The position numbers were made by a program, and so were the translations under genes. From positions 1 through 46,591 of the forward strand of contig CAZDFI010000004.1 in NCBI GenBank assembly GCA_964504725.1: a stretch of 46,591 bases of DNA, read 5' to 3'. This document shows positions 12,113 to 20,313 of this stretch, in pieces (the stretch's first letter is position 1; every line of letters starts with the position of its first letter). This DNA is from an uncultured Enterobacteriaceae bacterium. GTDB lineage: Bacteria > Pseudomonadota > Gammaproteobacteria > Eutrophobiales > Eutrophobiaceae. Under the pieces are notes generated by a model. It did no database searches. It had not been told where the DNA came from and was given only the letters and a program-made list of their open reading frames with translations.

Positions 12113-12556
12113 ATGGAATGGATTAACGATATTATATATTGGCATTGGCTTATCCTGGCGGTTGCATTGATTATCCTGGAAATACTTATGCCTGGTGCCT
12201 ATTTTCTATGGATGGGAATTTCAGCTGCGGCAGTGGGCGGCGCGATGTTTATCTTTACCGAAATGCCATTTTTGACTCAGATTTTAATTTTTGCAGTGTT
12301 ATCGGTCATCACTGTGGTGATATATAAAACTCATCAAAAGAAAAATCCAATCGTCACAGATGAACCCGCATTAAATCGCAGAGGTGAGCAATATATTGGT
12401 CGAACGGTTATCCTGACAGAAGCCATTGTCAATGGAGTGGGCAAGACAAAGGTGGATGATTCAACATGGAAAGTCACCGGTATTGATATGGAGATGGGCG
12501 TAACTGTCCGTGTTGTCGCTGTAGATGGCACGACATTTAAAGTAGAGGCTACTTAA
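12113..12556 (+). CDS. NfeD-family membrane protein
   Basis: 3 TM helices plus a C-terminal OB-like soluble domain (GKTKVDDSTWKV). Canonical SPFH-NfeD gene pair. Confidence 0.8.
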   Translation: MEWINDIIYWHWLILAVALIILEILMPGAYFLWMGISAAAVGGAMFIFTEMPFLTQILIFAVLSVITVVIYKTHQKKNPIVTDEPALNRRGEQYIGRTVILTEAIVNGVGKTKVDDSTWKVTGIDMEMGVTVRVVAVDGTTFKVEAT

Positions 12557-12586
12557 AGGAGCAGAGCAATAAACTCAGGCGAAGAG

Positions 12587-13048
12587 GTGGTGAGAAATGT
12601 TGATGCTTTGCTGAATGCGTATAGCGAAAGTCATCAGCACAAGACGAACAAGAAAATTCACTGGGTTTGTGTACCCGCAATTATGATCAGCTTGCTTGGA
12701 ATACTTTGGTCATTACCGTTCCCTGTTAAAGTGTCACCTCTTATTAACTGGGCAACTGCCCTGATAATACTGTCAGTTGTCTATTATTTTTTTATATCCT
12801 GGCAGTTGGCACTAGGCATGCTGTTTAATTCACTATTAATGATTATGATTTTGCAATGGATAGATGGCTTTCCGCTACCGTTATGGCAGATCGCCTGTGC
12901 TGTTTTTATCGTTGCCTGGATTGGTCAGTTTTATGGTCATCACATCGAAGGTAAACGGCCTTCATTTTTCAAAGACATACAGTTTCTATTAATAGGCCCT
13001 GTGTGGTTGCTTGCTGATGTCTACAGAAAATTTAATGTGAAATACTAA
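12587..13048 (+). CDS. DUF962 / Mpo1-like membrane protein
   Basis: YSESHQHKTNKKIHWVCVP...GHHIEGKRPSF pattern is typical of the YGL010w/Mpo1-like family. Non-ATG (GTG) start. Confidence 0.6.
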   Translation: MVRNVDALLNAYSESHQHKTNKKIHWVCVPAIMISLLGILWSLPFPVKVSPLINWATALIILSVVYYFFISWQLALGMLFNSLLMIMILQWIDGFPLPLWQIACAVFIVAWIGQFYGHHIEGKRPSFFKDIQFLLIGPVWLLADVYRKFNVKY

Positions 13049-14130
13049 AGATCAAAAGTTTGATTTGTGAGTATTCTTTCAAGATTTAATTTCTTGCCTG
13101 CATTCTTTGCATCGTAGCCAGGATAGGTATTAACCTTTGTTTTAAATTCTACTGAAGAGAGAAGCTTGCGTAATAATGATTTTATGTTCGTCGGCGTCTG
13201 TTTATTAACTGCCAATATATAGGCTTCTTTTATTACCGGGATAAAAGTCAGATCAAACTGACTAGCGGCGGCCTTGATTCCAAAGCCGGTATTTGCTGCA
13301 CCTGATGCGATCATTGCTGCGACAGCGACATGGGTAAATTCTTCATTACCATAACCATCAATCTCTTTTGCATTTAGATTTGATGCGGTTAGAAGTTGAT
13401 CGAGGATTATTCTTGTGCCTGAATCGTGTTGTCGGTTAATAAATTTAACCGCGGATCCGCTTAAGTCTTCCAACGTTGTAATGTTAGCGCTGTTGCTTTT
13501 ATCGGTAATAATCCCTTGTTCACGGGTGGCAACAAGTAAGAGTTCATGTTTATCAGGATTGAGATATTGGCGATAGACAGGCGCGAGTGTTGCGCTAAAA
13601 TCACCCAGGGGATAATGAAAACCAGCAACATCGTAACTGTATTGATTGAGTAAACGCAGGCTTTCAATGCTGCCATGGGTATCAAACCCGGTTTTTATAT
13701 TATTATTCTGTAATAACTGATTCAGAAAATTAATTGCCATGCCATGGCTGGCACTGATTTTTAACGTATACCCTTTATCCGATTTTATTTCTTCCTGCAA
13801 AGACAGACTGATCTCCTCGCCAATGGTTTGGTACTCAGACTGGAATTTTTTCGATAGTGACAGGTGAGCTTGAACCAGTTTTGCTCCCAAAGGAGTCAGG
13901 TTAGCGCCATGATTACGGCCCCGTTGTAGCCTAGCCAATGGACTATCAAACTCGATCTCCCATTTTTTAAGCAATCCCCAGGCGTGTCTGTAAGATAGTC
14001 TGGTTTCCTCAGCTGCACGTCTTAGCGACCCCTTTTCCTTTATAGCCTCCAGCAAGCGGAGCAATGCTTCGTCAATGGTTTGCCGATTATTTTCACCGTA
14101 AAACCAGCTTAGTCCAAATGATATATGCAA
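13045..14130 (-). CDS. ModE-like winged-helix regulator fused to a periplasmic-binding-protein-like (oxyanion-binding, COG1910-type) domain
   Basis: N-terminus LRLLEAIKEKGSLRRAAEETRLSYRHAWGLLKKWE...LTPLGAKLV matches the ModE N-terminal HTH. ~250-aa PBP-like C-terminal domain. TTG start. Divergent from the porin-tup operon. Confidence 0.7.
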   Translation of the reverse strand: MHISFGLSWFYGENNRQTIDEALLRLLEAIKEKGSLRRAAEETRLSYRHAWGLLKKWEIEFDSPLARLQRGRNHGANLTPLGAKLVQAHLSLSKKFQSEYQTIGEEISLSLQEEIKSDKGYTLKISASHGMAINFLNQLLQNNNIKTGFDTHGSIESLRLLNQYSYDVAGFHYPLGDFSATLAPVYRQYLNPDKHELLLVATREQGIITDKSNSANITTLEDLSGSAVKFINRQHDSGTRIILDQLLTASNLNAKEIDGYGNEEFTHVAVAAMIASGAANTGFGIKAAASQFDLTFIPVIKEAYILAVNKQTPTNIKSLLRKLLSSVEFKTKVNTYPGYDAKNAGKKLNLERILTNQTFDL

Positions 14131-14131
14131 A

Positions 14132-14164
14132 TAAATACCTATTTAATATTTTCTAAATACCTAT
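14132..14164. promoter_or_regulatory. candidate operator: two 11-bp direct repeats TAAATACCTAT spaced 22 bp start to start, in the divergent regulator/porin promoter region
   Basis: TAAATACCTAT at 14132-14142 and 14154-14164. A small dyad ACAAT-GAT-ATTGT at 14170-14182 follows. Function is inferred. Confidence 0.3.
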
Positions 14165-14215
14165 ATTATACAATGATATTGTTCATAAATATGTAAATAA
14201 AAACATAATATATAT

Positions 14216-15625
14216 ATGGGAAAGAAGATAAAAAAACAAACAATTATTCTCAATTTATTGGCCATTCTGTCTTTATGTGTCATCTCTCCTGTTCAAGCTG
14301 AAAATCAGGCATTGATGGAGTTATTAAAAGCCCTTCAGGAAAATGGTGTTATTGATGAGCAAACTTACGAGCTAGTCAAAAATGTTGCTCAATCCGAGGT
14401 AGAAAATGAAAAGAAGGTTGTGCAGGAAATTACGCGGGAAGAAGTCAGCCAATCAATAGACCAGGTAGCAGACAAGGCAGCAGCCAGGGCAGTTAAGGAA
14501 GAAATTGAACTTGCAAAAAAAGATCAGCAGAAGAGAGAGGTAGCAAAATCAGAGAACAGTTTAAAGGTTGGCGGACGTATTCAGGTTGATGCTACAACAT
14601 ATAGTGAGGATATTGCGGGACATAGTGACGGTACAGAAATTCGTCGGGCTCGATTATTTGCACAAGGGAACCTCGGCGAGGCATGGGGATATAAGTTGCA
14701 ATATGACTTTAGTGATAGTGGTGCCGGCATAGATGGAATACGAGATGCATATCTGGATTATAAAGGGTTCGAGAGTTTTAAAATTCGTATAGGTCATACC
14801 AAAGAGCCATTCAGTTTACAAAACATGACCAGTTCGAAATATGTGTTATTTGCAGAAAGAGGACTACCGATAGTTTTTTCGAGAGGCCGTAATCTTGGTT
14901 TGCAAGTTAGTCAAAATGGTGAAAACTGGAGTGGCGCAGTTGGTATATTTGGTGATGGAGTTAATGGAGCTGATGTTGATAATGATGAAGGTTTCGGTGC
15001 ATCTGGCCGTTTTACTTATGCGCCTCTTTATGAGAATAACCGCGTATTACATTTGGGGGCAAGCGCGGCATATGGTTCTACGGGTTCAAGAGATATTTTG
15101 CGCTTTCGCCTACGCCCTGAATCACACCAGACAAATACGCGTTTAGTAAATACAGGGATCTTTGATGCAGATTCTTATGCCCGATTTGTTGGTGAAGCTG
15201 CATTTGTCTACGGCCCATTTCATATGCAAAGCGAATATTACTATACAACGGTAGATCGTGAGATCAGTGCGAATCAAGACCTGGATTTCAGTGGTTTCTA
15301 TGTCGAAGGTGGATGGTTCCTGACGGGAGAATCCATGAACTATAAAGCATCATGGGGTAGTTTCAGTCGTGTGACACCTAAAGGAATTATTGGCAAAGGT
15401 GGTATCGGTGCGTGGCAACTCGCATTACGTTTTAGCAGTCTTGATCTTACCGATGAAGATATCACGGGGGGTGAAGAAGATAACTTTACTGTTGGCTTGA
15501 ACTGGTATGCGACACCGAATATTCGATTTATCGCAAATTATGTCAATGTGCTGGATGTGGAGGGTGGTGCAAATGACGGTGATGAACCTGAGTCATTTCA
15601 GCTAAGAACCCAGGTTGAATTCTAA
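14216..15625 (+). CDS. OprO/OprP-family (phosphate-selective porin O/P) anion porin
   Basis: Signal peptide, N-terminal coiled-coil extension, alternating beta-strand pattern, C-terminal ...QLRTQVEF. Confidence 0.8.
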   Translation: MGKKIKKQTIILNLLAILSLCVISPVQAENQALMELLKALQENGVIDEQTYELVKNVAQSEVENEKKVVQEITREEVSQSIDQVADKAAARAVKEEIELAKKDQQKREVAKSENSLKVGGRIQVDATTYSEDIAGHSDGTEIRRARLFAQGNLGEAWGYKLQYDFSDSGAGIDGIRDAYLDYKGFESFKIRIGHTKEPFSLQNMTSSKYVLFAERGLPIVFSRGRNLGLQVSQNGENWSGAVGIFGDGVNGADVDNDEGFGASGRFTYAPLYENNRVLHLGASAAYGSTGSRDILRFRLRPESHQTNTRLVNTGIFDADSYARFVGEAAFVYGPFHMQSEYYYTTVDREISANQDLDFSGFYVEGGWFLTGESMNYKASWGSFSRVTPKGIIGKGGIGAWQLALRFSSLDLTDEDITGGEEDNFTVGLNWYATPNIRFIANYVNVLDVEGGANDGDEPESFQLRTQVEF

Positions 15626-15657
15626 ATAAATATTATGGATATCGGAGCGGGCACATC

Positions 15658-16461
15658 ATGAAGAAGTTAATCTACTTATTCCTTATAGTGAATAGTTGTT
15701 TCCCAGGCTTATTGAATGCTCAGGAGCGACTACGACTGGCCACAACAACCAGTACCGATAATTCTGGCTTACTTGCCGTGCTACATCCGCTGTTTGAAAA
15801 GCAATATGAAATCTATGTCGACGTAATTGCGGTGGGTACGGGCAAGGCATTACGTCTTGGTGAAAATGGTGATGTCGATGTGGTGATGGTGCATGCCCCT
15901 GCTGCCGAGATCAGCTTTGTTGAAAAAGGTTATGGTGTTGAGAGATTACCGGTAATGCACAATGATTTTGTCATTCTGGGTCCGCAGAATGACCCTGCTG
16001 GTCTTGGTGATGCAACAACATTAAATCAAGCGCTGCAAAAAATATCAGCCTCCGGTAGTTATTTTGTATCCAGGGGTGATGATTCGGGCACGCATAAAAA
16101 GGAAATGTCGCTTTGGCGTGCTGCGGGGATAAGTCCGGAAGGTAACTGGTATATGGCTGCAGGGCAAGGAATGGGCGCTGTTATACAGATAGCTAATGAC
16201 AAGCACGCCTACACGCTATCTGACAGGGGGACATATCTTGCTCATAAAGACAAGATTGAGTTAATACCTGTATTCGAAGGAGATCCTGAATTGTTTAATC
16301 CCTATCACGTAATTATTGTGAATCCCGAAAAGCATCCTCATGTGAACACCGGATGGGCCCAAAAATATGTCGATTTCATTCGTGGTGATGTCGGCCAGAA
16401 AATTATCAGGGAATTCAAGAAAGGTGGTGAATTATTGTTTAAACCGGATGTGATTGAATAA
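15658..16461 (+). CDS. tupA: tungstate ABC transporter substrate-binding protein
   Basis: RLATTTSTDNSGLL and SRGDDSGTHKKE motifs are characteristic of TupA-type binding proteins. Confidence 0.8.
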   Translation: MKKLIYLFLIVNSCFPGLLNAQERLRLATTTSTDNSGLLAVLHPLFEKQYEIYVDVIAVGTGKALRLGENGDVDVVMVHAPAAEISFVEKGYGVERLPVMHNDFVILGPQNDPAGLGDATTLNQALQKISASGSYFVSRGDDSGTHKKEMSLWRAAGISPEGNWYMAAGQGMGAVIQIANDKHAYTLSDRGTYLAHKDKIELIPVFEGDPELFNPYHVIIVNPEKHPHVNTGWAQKYVDFIRGDVGQKIIREFKKGGELLFKPDVIE

Positions 16462-16485
16462 ATATTCAAGTAAGACTTATTAGTC

Positions 16486-18027
16486 ATGCTTAACATAAAA
16501 ATAACCTTAGCTCTTTTACTTCTGGCTTTTATTGCTGCGTTCCCTGTTGCGGCGAATGAAGATCGTTTACGTCTCGCCATTACTACCACCACAGAAAATT
16601 CAGGCCTGATGTCGCGATTAAATCCGGTGTTTGAAGAAAAATATAATGTAAAACTGGATGTGGTGGTAGTTGGTTCCGGCCAGGCGTTTCGTTTGGGGGC
16701 TAATGGCGATGTAGATGTGATCCTGGTTCATGCCCCGGAAGCGGAAAAAAACTTTATTGACGCGGGTGACGGTATTCACCGTACTGCGGTGATGCATAAT
16801 GAGTATGTTTTACTGGGGCCAATCGATGATCCATTGCGAATAAAAGACGCGACTTCGGTTAAAGAAGCCTTCACTCTGATCAAAAAACGTAAAGCAGCGT
16901 TTGTTTCACGGGGCGACGAATCCGGTACACATAAAAAAGAACAGAAGCTATGGCAGTCGGCAAATATTCATGAATACGGAGACAATTACCATTCATCAGG
17001 CCAGGGCATGGGCGCTACCCTGTTACTCGCTAATGAGCTACGCGCATATACATTAAGTGACAGAGGAACGTTTCTGGCCATGCAGGATAAGCTGAATATG
17101 AATGTGATCTACGAAGGTGAAGCGATTCTGCATAATCCATATCATGTCATTGCAATAAATCCGGAAAAACATTCGCACATCAACGACACAGGTGCCAGTC
17201 AATATATCGAATTTATCACGGGGGAAGAAACTCAAGGCTTGATAGAGGCATATCAGGTTAATCAGCAACAATTGTTTCACCCAGTAGTGGAAGTGGTGAC
17301 CGAAAAACGAATGGTTTCCAAAGATAAAATAAAACGCAGCTTTTTTGTTGATGCGATAGATAAGTCATTCAGTCTTATATTTCACTTTGATAAGAACCTT
17401 TTCCTGGTCGTTTGGACCTCTTTAAGAATCTCACTAGCCGCTGTGTTTATTGCATCGATCATTGCGGTGCCACTGGGGATTCTCGTCGCATTAAAATTAT
17501 TTCCCGGCCGTGGTTTTTTATTGAGCATATTAAATACATTGATGGCGCTACCAACGGTTATCGTTGGACTCTTGTTATATGGTTTGCTGAATCGTCAGGG
17601 TGTCCTGGGTGAGTTTGGATTGTTATATACCCCCGCAGCGATGGTAATGGGTCAATCGATTTTAATTATTCCAATTATATGGAATTTATCTATTGCAGCA
17701 GTAAACGGGGCAGATCCAAGATTGAGGTTAACCTGTTTATCATTAGGCGCTAATGTGTACCAACAAGGGCTGATTTACATCAACGAAGTCAGGTTTGCTT
17801 TAATGGCAGCGATTGTTGCCGGATTTGGCAGAGCGATTGGTGAAGTGGGTGTCGCCATGATGTTAGGTGGAAATATCGCAGGTTTTACCCGAACCATGAC
17901 CACAGCAATCGCACTTGAAACCAGTAAAGGTGAATTTGAATTTGCACTGGCAATCGGCATGATGCTGTTGCTGGTAGCACTTGCAGTGAATATTGTTTTG
18001 CAACAATTTCAGGAATTGAAGTTATGA
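16486..18027 (+). CDS. tupB: fusion protein: second TupA-like substrate-binding domain plus TupB ABC permease
   Basis: Residues ~1-265 repeat the TupA motifs (ITTTTENSGLM, SRGDESGTHKKE). After a ~15-aa linker there is a multi-TM permease with an EAA-like loop. One uninterrupted frame. Confidence 0.8.
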   Translation: MLNIKITLALLLLAFIAAFPVAANEDRLRLAITTTTENSGLMSRLNPVFEEKYNVKLDVVVVGSGQAFRLGANGDVDVILVHAPEAEKNFIDAGDGIHRTAVMHNEYVLLGPIDDPLRIKDATSVKEAFTLIKKRKAAFVSRGDESGTHKKEQKLWQSANIHEYGDNYHSSGQGMGATLLLANELRAYTLSDRGTFLAMQDKLNMNVIYEGEAILHNPYHVIAINPEKHSHINDTGASQYIEFITGEETQGLIEAYQVNQQQLFHPVVEVVTEKRMVSKDKIKRSFFVDAIDKSFSLIFHFDKNLFLVVWTSLRISLAAVFIASIIAVPLGILVALKLFPGRGFLLSILNTLMALPTVIVGLLLYGLLNRQGVLGEFGLLYTPAAMVMGQSILIIPIIWNLSIAAVNGADPRLRLTCLSLGANVYQQGLIYINEVRFALMAAIVAGFGRAIGEVGVAMMLGGNIAGFTRTMTTAIALETSKGEFEFALAIGMMLLLVALAVNIVLQQFQELKL

Positions 18028-18677
18028 GAAAACAATATCAGTTGAATAACATAAAATTTAGTTATGCTAATAAAACAATTCTGGATATAGAACAACAACA
18101 TTTCGAGCAAGGAAAAATAACGGCACTGATTGGTGAAAATGGTGCAGGTAAAAGTACGTTGCTGGGATTATTGTCATTTATATTGATAGCGGAACCGGGT
18201 GAAATTGAGTTTGCCGGTGAAAAGGTGAATAAAAACAAACTGGGTCCATTGATAAGATCGATTGGTCTGGTTCAGCAGAATCCTTACTTGCTCAAAGGCA
18301 GTGTCATCAGGAATATCGAACTCGGCCTCAAGTTTCGAGGCGTTGACTCTGTAGAAAGAGAGGCCAAGGTAAGATATATGCTTCGCTTACTCAAGATAGA
18401 AAGCCTGGCCGATCGTTCCGTCAAATCATTATCCGGGGGGGAATCACAAAAAGTAGCTATAGGTAGAGCACTCGTCCTTGACCCTAAAGTGATACTATTC
18501 GATGAACCGTTTACCTATCTTGATAGTGACTTTGTTGAAGAGTTTGAGAGTTTGATAAAACAATTAAGAGATAAGCATAATAAAACGATCATATTTACCA
18601 CGCACAATCAATCACAGGCGCAGGCATTGTCTGATCAGGTATTCAGACTCAGGGAAGGTTGCCTGGAAGCAGTGTGA
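18024..18677 (+). CDS. tupC: tungstate ABC transporter ATP-binding protein
   Basis: Walker A GENGAGKST, signature LSGGESQKV, Walker B ILFDEP. 4-bp overlap with the permease gene. Confidence 0.8.
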   Translation: MRKQYQLNNIKFSYANKTILDIEQQHFEQGKITALIGENGAGKSTLLGLLSFILIAEPGEIEFAGEKVNKNKLGPLIRSIGLVQQNPYLLKGSVIRNIELGLKFRGVDSVEREAKVRYMLRLLKIESLADRSVKSLSGGESQKVAIGRALVLDPKVILFDEPFTYLDSDFVEEFESLIKQLRDKHNKTIIFTTHNQSQAQALSDQVFRLREGCLEAV

Positions 18678-18692
18678 TAAGCTGTTTTTATT

Positions 18693-19055
18693 GTGATGGA
18701 GGAGAGATCAAGAATGGAAGTCGAATTATTTAAATCACTATTGCTAGAGAAAAAATCATCTTTAATAGATGAAGAAGAAGCCGGTAAGGAAGCGGCGCAA
18801 ATTGTTGAACTAGACCAGGCCAGTGTTGGCAGGGTTTCCCGTATGGATGCTATGCAAGGGCAGGCGATGGCTATCGCAGCAAATCAGCGTAGACAGAATG
18901 AGTTGCTAAAAATTGAAGCGGCATTGAAAAGAATTGAACAAGAAATATATGGTTACTGTCTTGAGTGTGATGAAAAAATTTCGGAACCAAGGTTGAAACT
19001 GGATCCGGCATCGCCACTGTGTATTGATTGTGCGAGTAAAAAAGAAACACTTTAA
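18693..19055 (+). CDS. DksA/TraR-family C4 zinc-finger protein
   Basis: CLECDEKI...CIDC four-Cys finger preceded by a coiled coil. The start may be ATG 18696. Confidence 0.8.
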   Translation: MMEERSRMEVELFKSLLLEKKSSLIDEEEAGKEAAQIVELDQASVGRVSRMDAMQGQAMAIAANQRRQNELLKIEAALKRIEQEIYGYCLECDEKISEPRLKLDPASPLCIDCASKKETL

Positions 19056-19074
19056 ATCTGAATATTAATTGAAA

Positions 19075-20205
19075 CTAAGTACGTTGTTGAAGCGCCCACT
19101 CAACATGCTCTCTGACGATTGTAGACGGGTGAGATTTTTTTTCCTCAAGTACGTTAATGACTTCTTCATAGGTATTTTCCTGGGATATTTTGATACCAGC
19201 AGGCATATCTTTTGTCAGATTGTCCACAAGATTAGCCAGGAGATTGCCCAGGGCTACAGCGATATTTCTCAACCATGTTTCATATCCGATACGGCGAATC
19301 GCAGAACCTTCTGTTTTTTTCATAAAATCTTCTTCTGTCCAGTTAAACAAATCGATCAGTGTGGAGGAGTCCAGATTGTTTCTGATCATAAAATCTTTCT
19401 CGGGTGTATGGTGTGTAAATTTATTCCAGGGACAAACCAGCTGACAATCATCACAACCATAGATCCGGTTGCCAAGTTTCTTTCTGAATTCTTCCGGGAT
19501 TGATTCACGTAATTCAATCGTCAAATAGGAGATACAGCGTCTGGCATCGAGTTTATAGGGTTCGATAATGGCCTGCGTGGGACAGACATCGATGCAAGCT
19601 GTGCATGAGCCACAATGATCTGTTACAAATGGCTCATCGACTGGTAAAGGTAAATCTGTATAGATTTCTCCAAGGAAAAACCACGAACCCGCCGCAGGAT
19701 TAATCAAATTAGTATGTTTGCCTATCCAGCCCAGCCCTGAATTCCGGGCGATTGCCTTCTCCAGTACGGGGGCACTATCAGTAAAGGTACGATAATCATA
19801 TTCGCCCGTTATAATTGTAATTTTTTCTGCCAGTTTTTGTAGTCGGTTGCGAATAATTTTGTGATAGTCACGCCCGGTAGCGTAACGTGAAACATAAGCC
19901 TGTTGAGAATTATTTAGTGTGGCCTCCGGATCCTCTCCCTCATCAGGCATGTAATCCATTCTGACAGAGATAATTCTGATGGTCCCAGGAATGAGATCGG
20001 CAGGGCGTGTACGTTTTCTGCCATGCCGCTGCATATAATCCATTTCACCATGCATGGCTTGATCCAACCACTTTAATAAATATTTTTCATCCTCGGCCAA
20101 ATCGGTATCTGTGATCCCTACTTGTTGAAAGCCAAGCTCAAGCCCCCAATCTTTTATGCTTTCAGCCAGATTCTTGTAATCTGTTTTATTTAAAGGTGTA
20201 TTCAT
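19075..20205 (-). CDS. queG: epoxyqueuosine reductase
   Basis: Two ferredoxin-type CxxCxxCxxxCP motifs (CGSCTACIDVCP, CDDCQLVCP) and a C-terminal HEAT-like region. Confidence 0.9.
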   Translation of the reverse strand: MNTPLNKTDYKNLAESIKDWGLELGFQQVGITDTDLAEDEKYLLKWLDQAMHGEMDYMQRHGRKRTRPADLIPGTIRIISVRMDYMPDEGEDPEATLNNSQQAYVSRYATGRDYHKIIRNRLQKLAEKITIITGEYDYRTFTDSAPVLEKAIARNSGLGWIGKHTNLINPAAGSWFFLGEIYTDLPLPVDEPFVTDHCGSCTACIDVCPTQAIIEPYKLDARRCISYLTIELRESIPEEFRKKLGNRIYGCDDCQLVCPWNKFTHHTPEKDFMIRNNLDSSTLIDLFNWTEEDFMKKTEGSAIRRIGYETWLRNIAVALGNLLANLVDNLTKDMPAGIKISQENTYEEVINVLEEKKSHPSTIVREHVEWALQQRT

Positions 20206-20313
20206 TGCTTGGACTGATTTAGAGAATATAGTGTTGATCCATTGATATTAATATACAGGGTATAGCGATCAAGATAATATTAGCGATGATTACACGGTAA
20301 TGGTTAAAGTTAA

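Noticed and set aside
19069-19503. 144-aa plus-strand ORF overlapping queG
   Set aside because: It lies entirely antisense to a well-supported queG reading frame and has a low-complexity translation with no motifs. It is a shadow ORF. The same applies to the other long antisense ORFs listed in the track, for example 37081-37560, 38739-39164, 23080-23436, 41683-42030 and 8078-8413.
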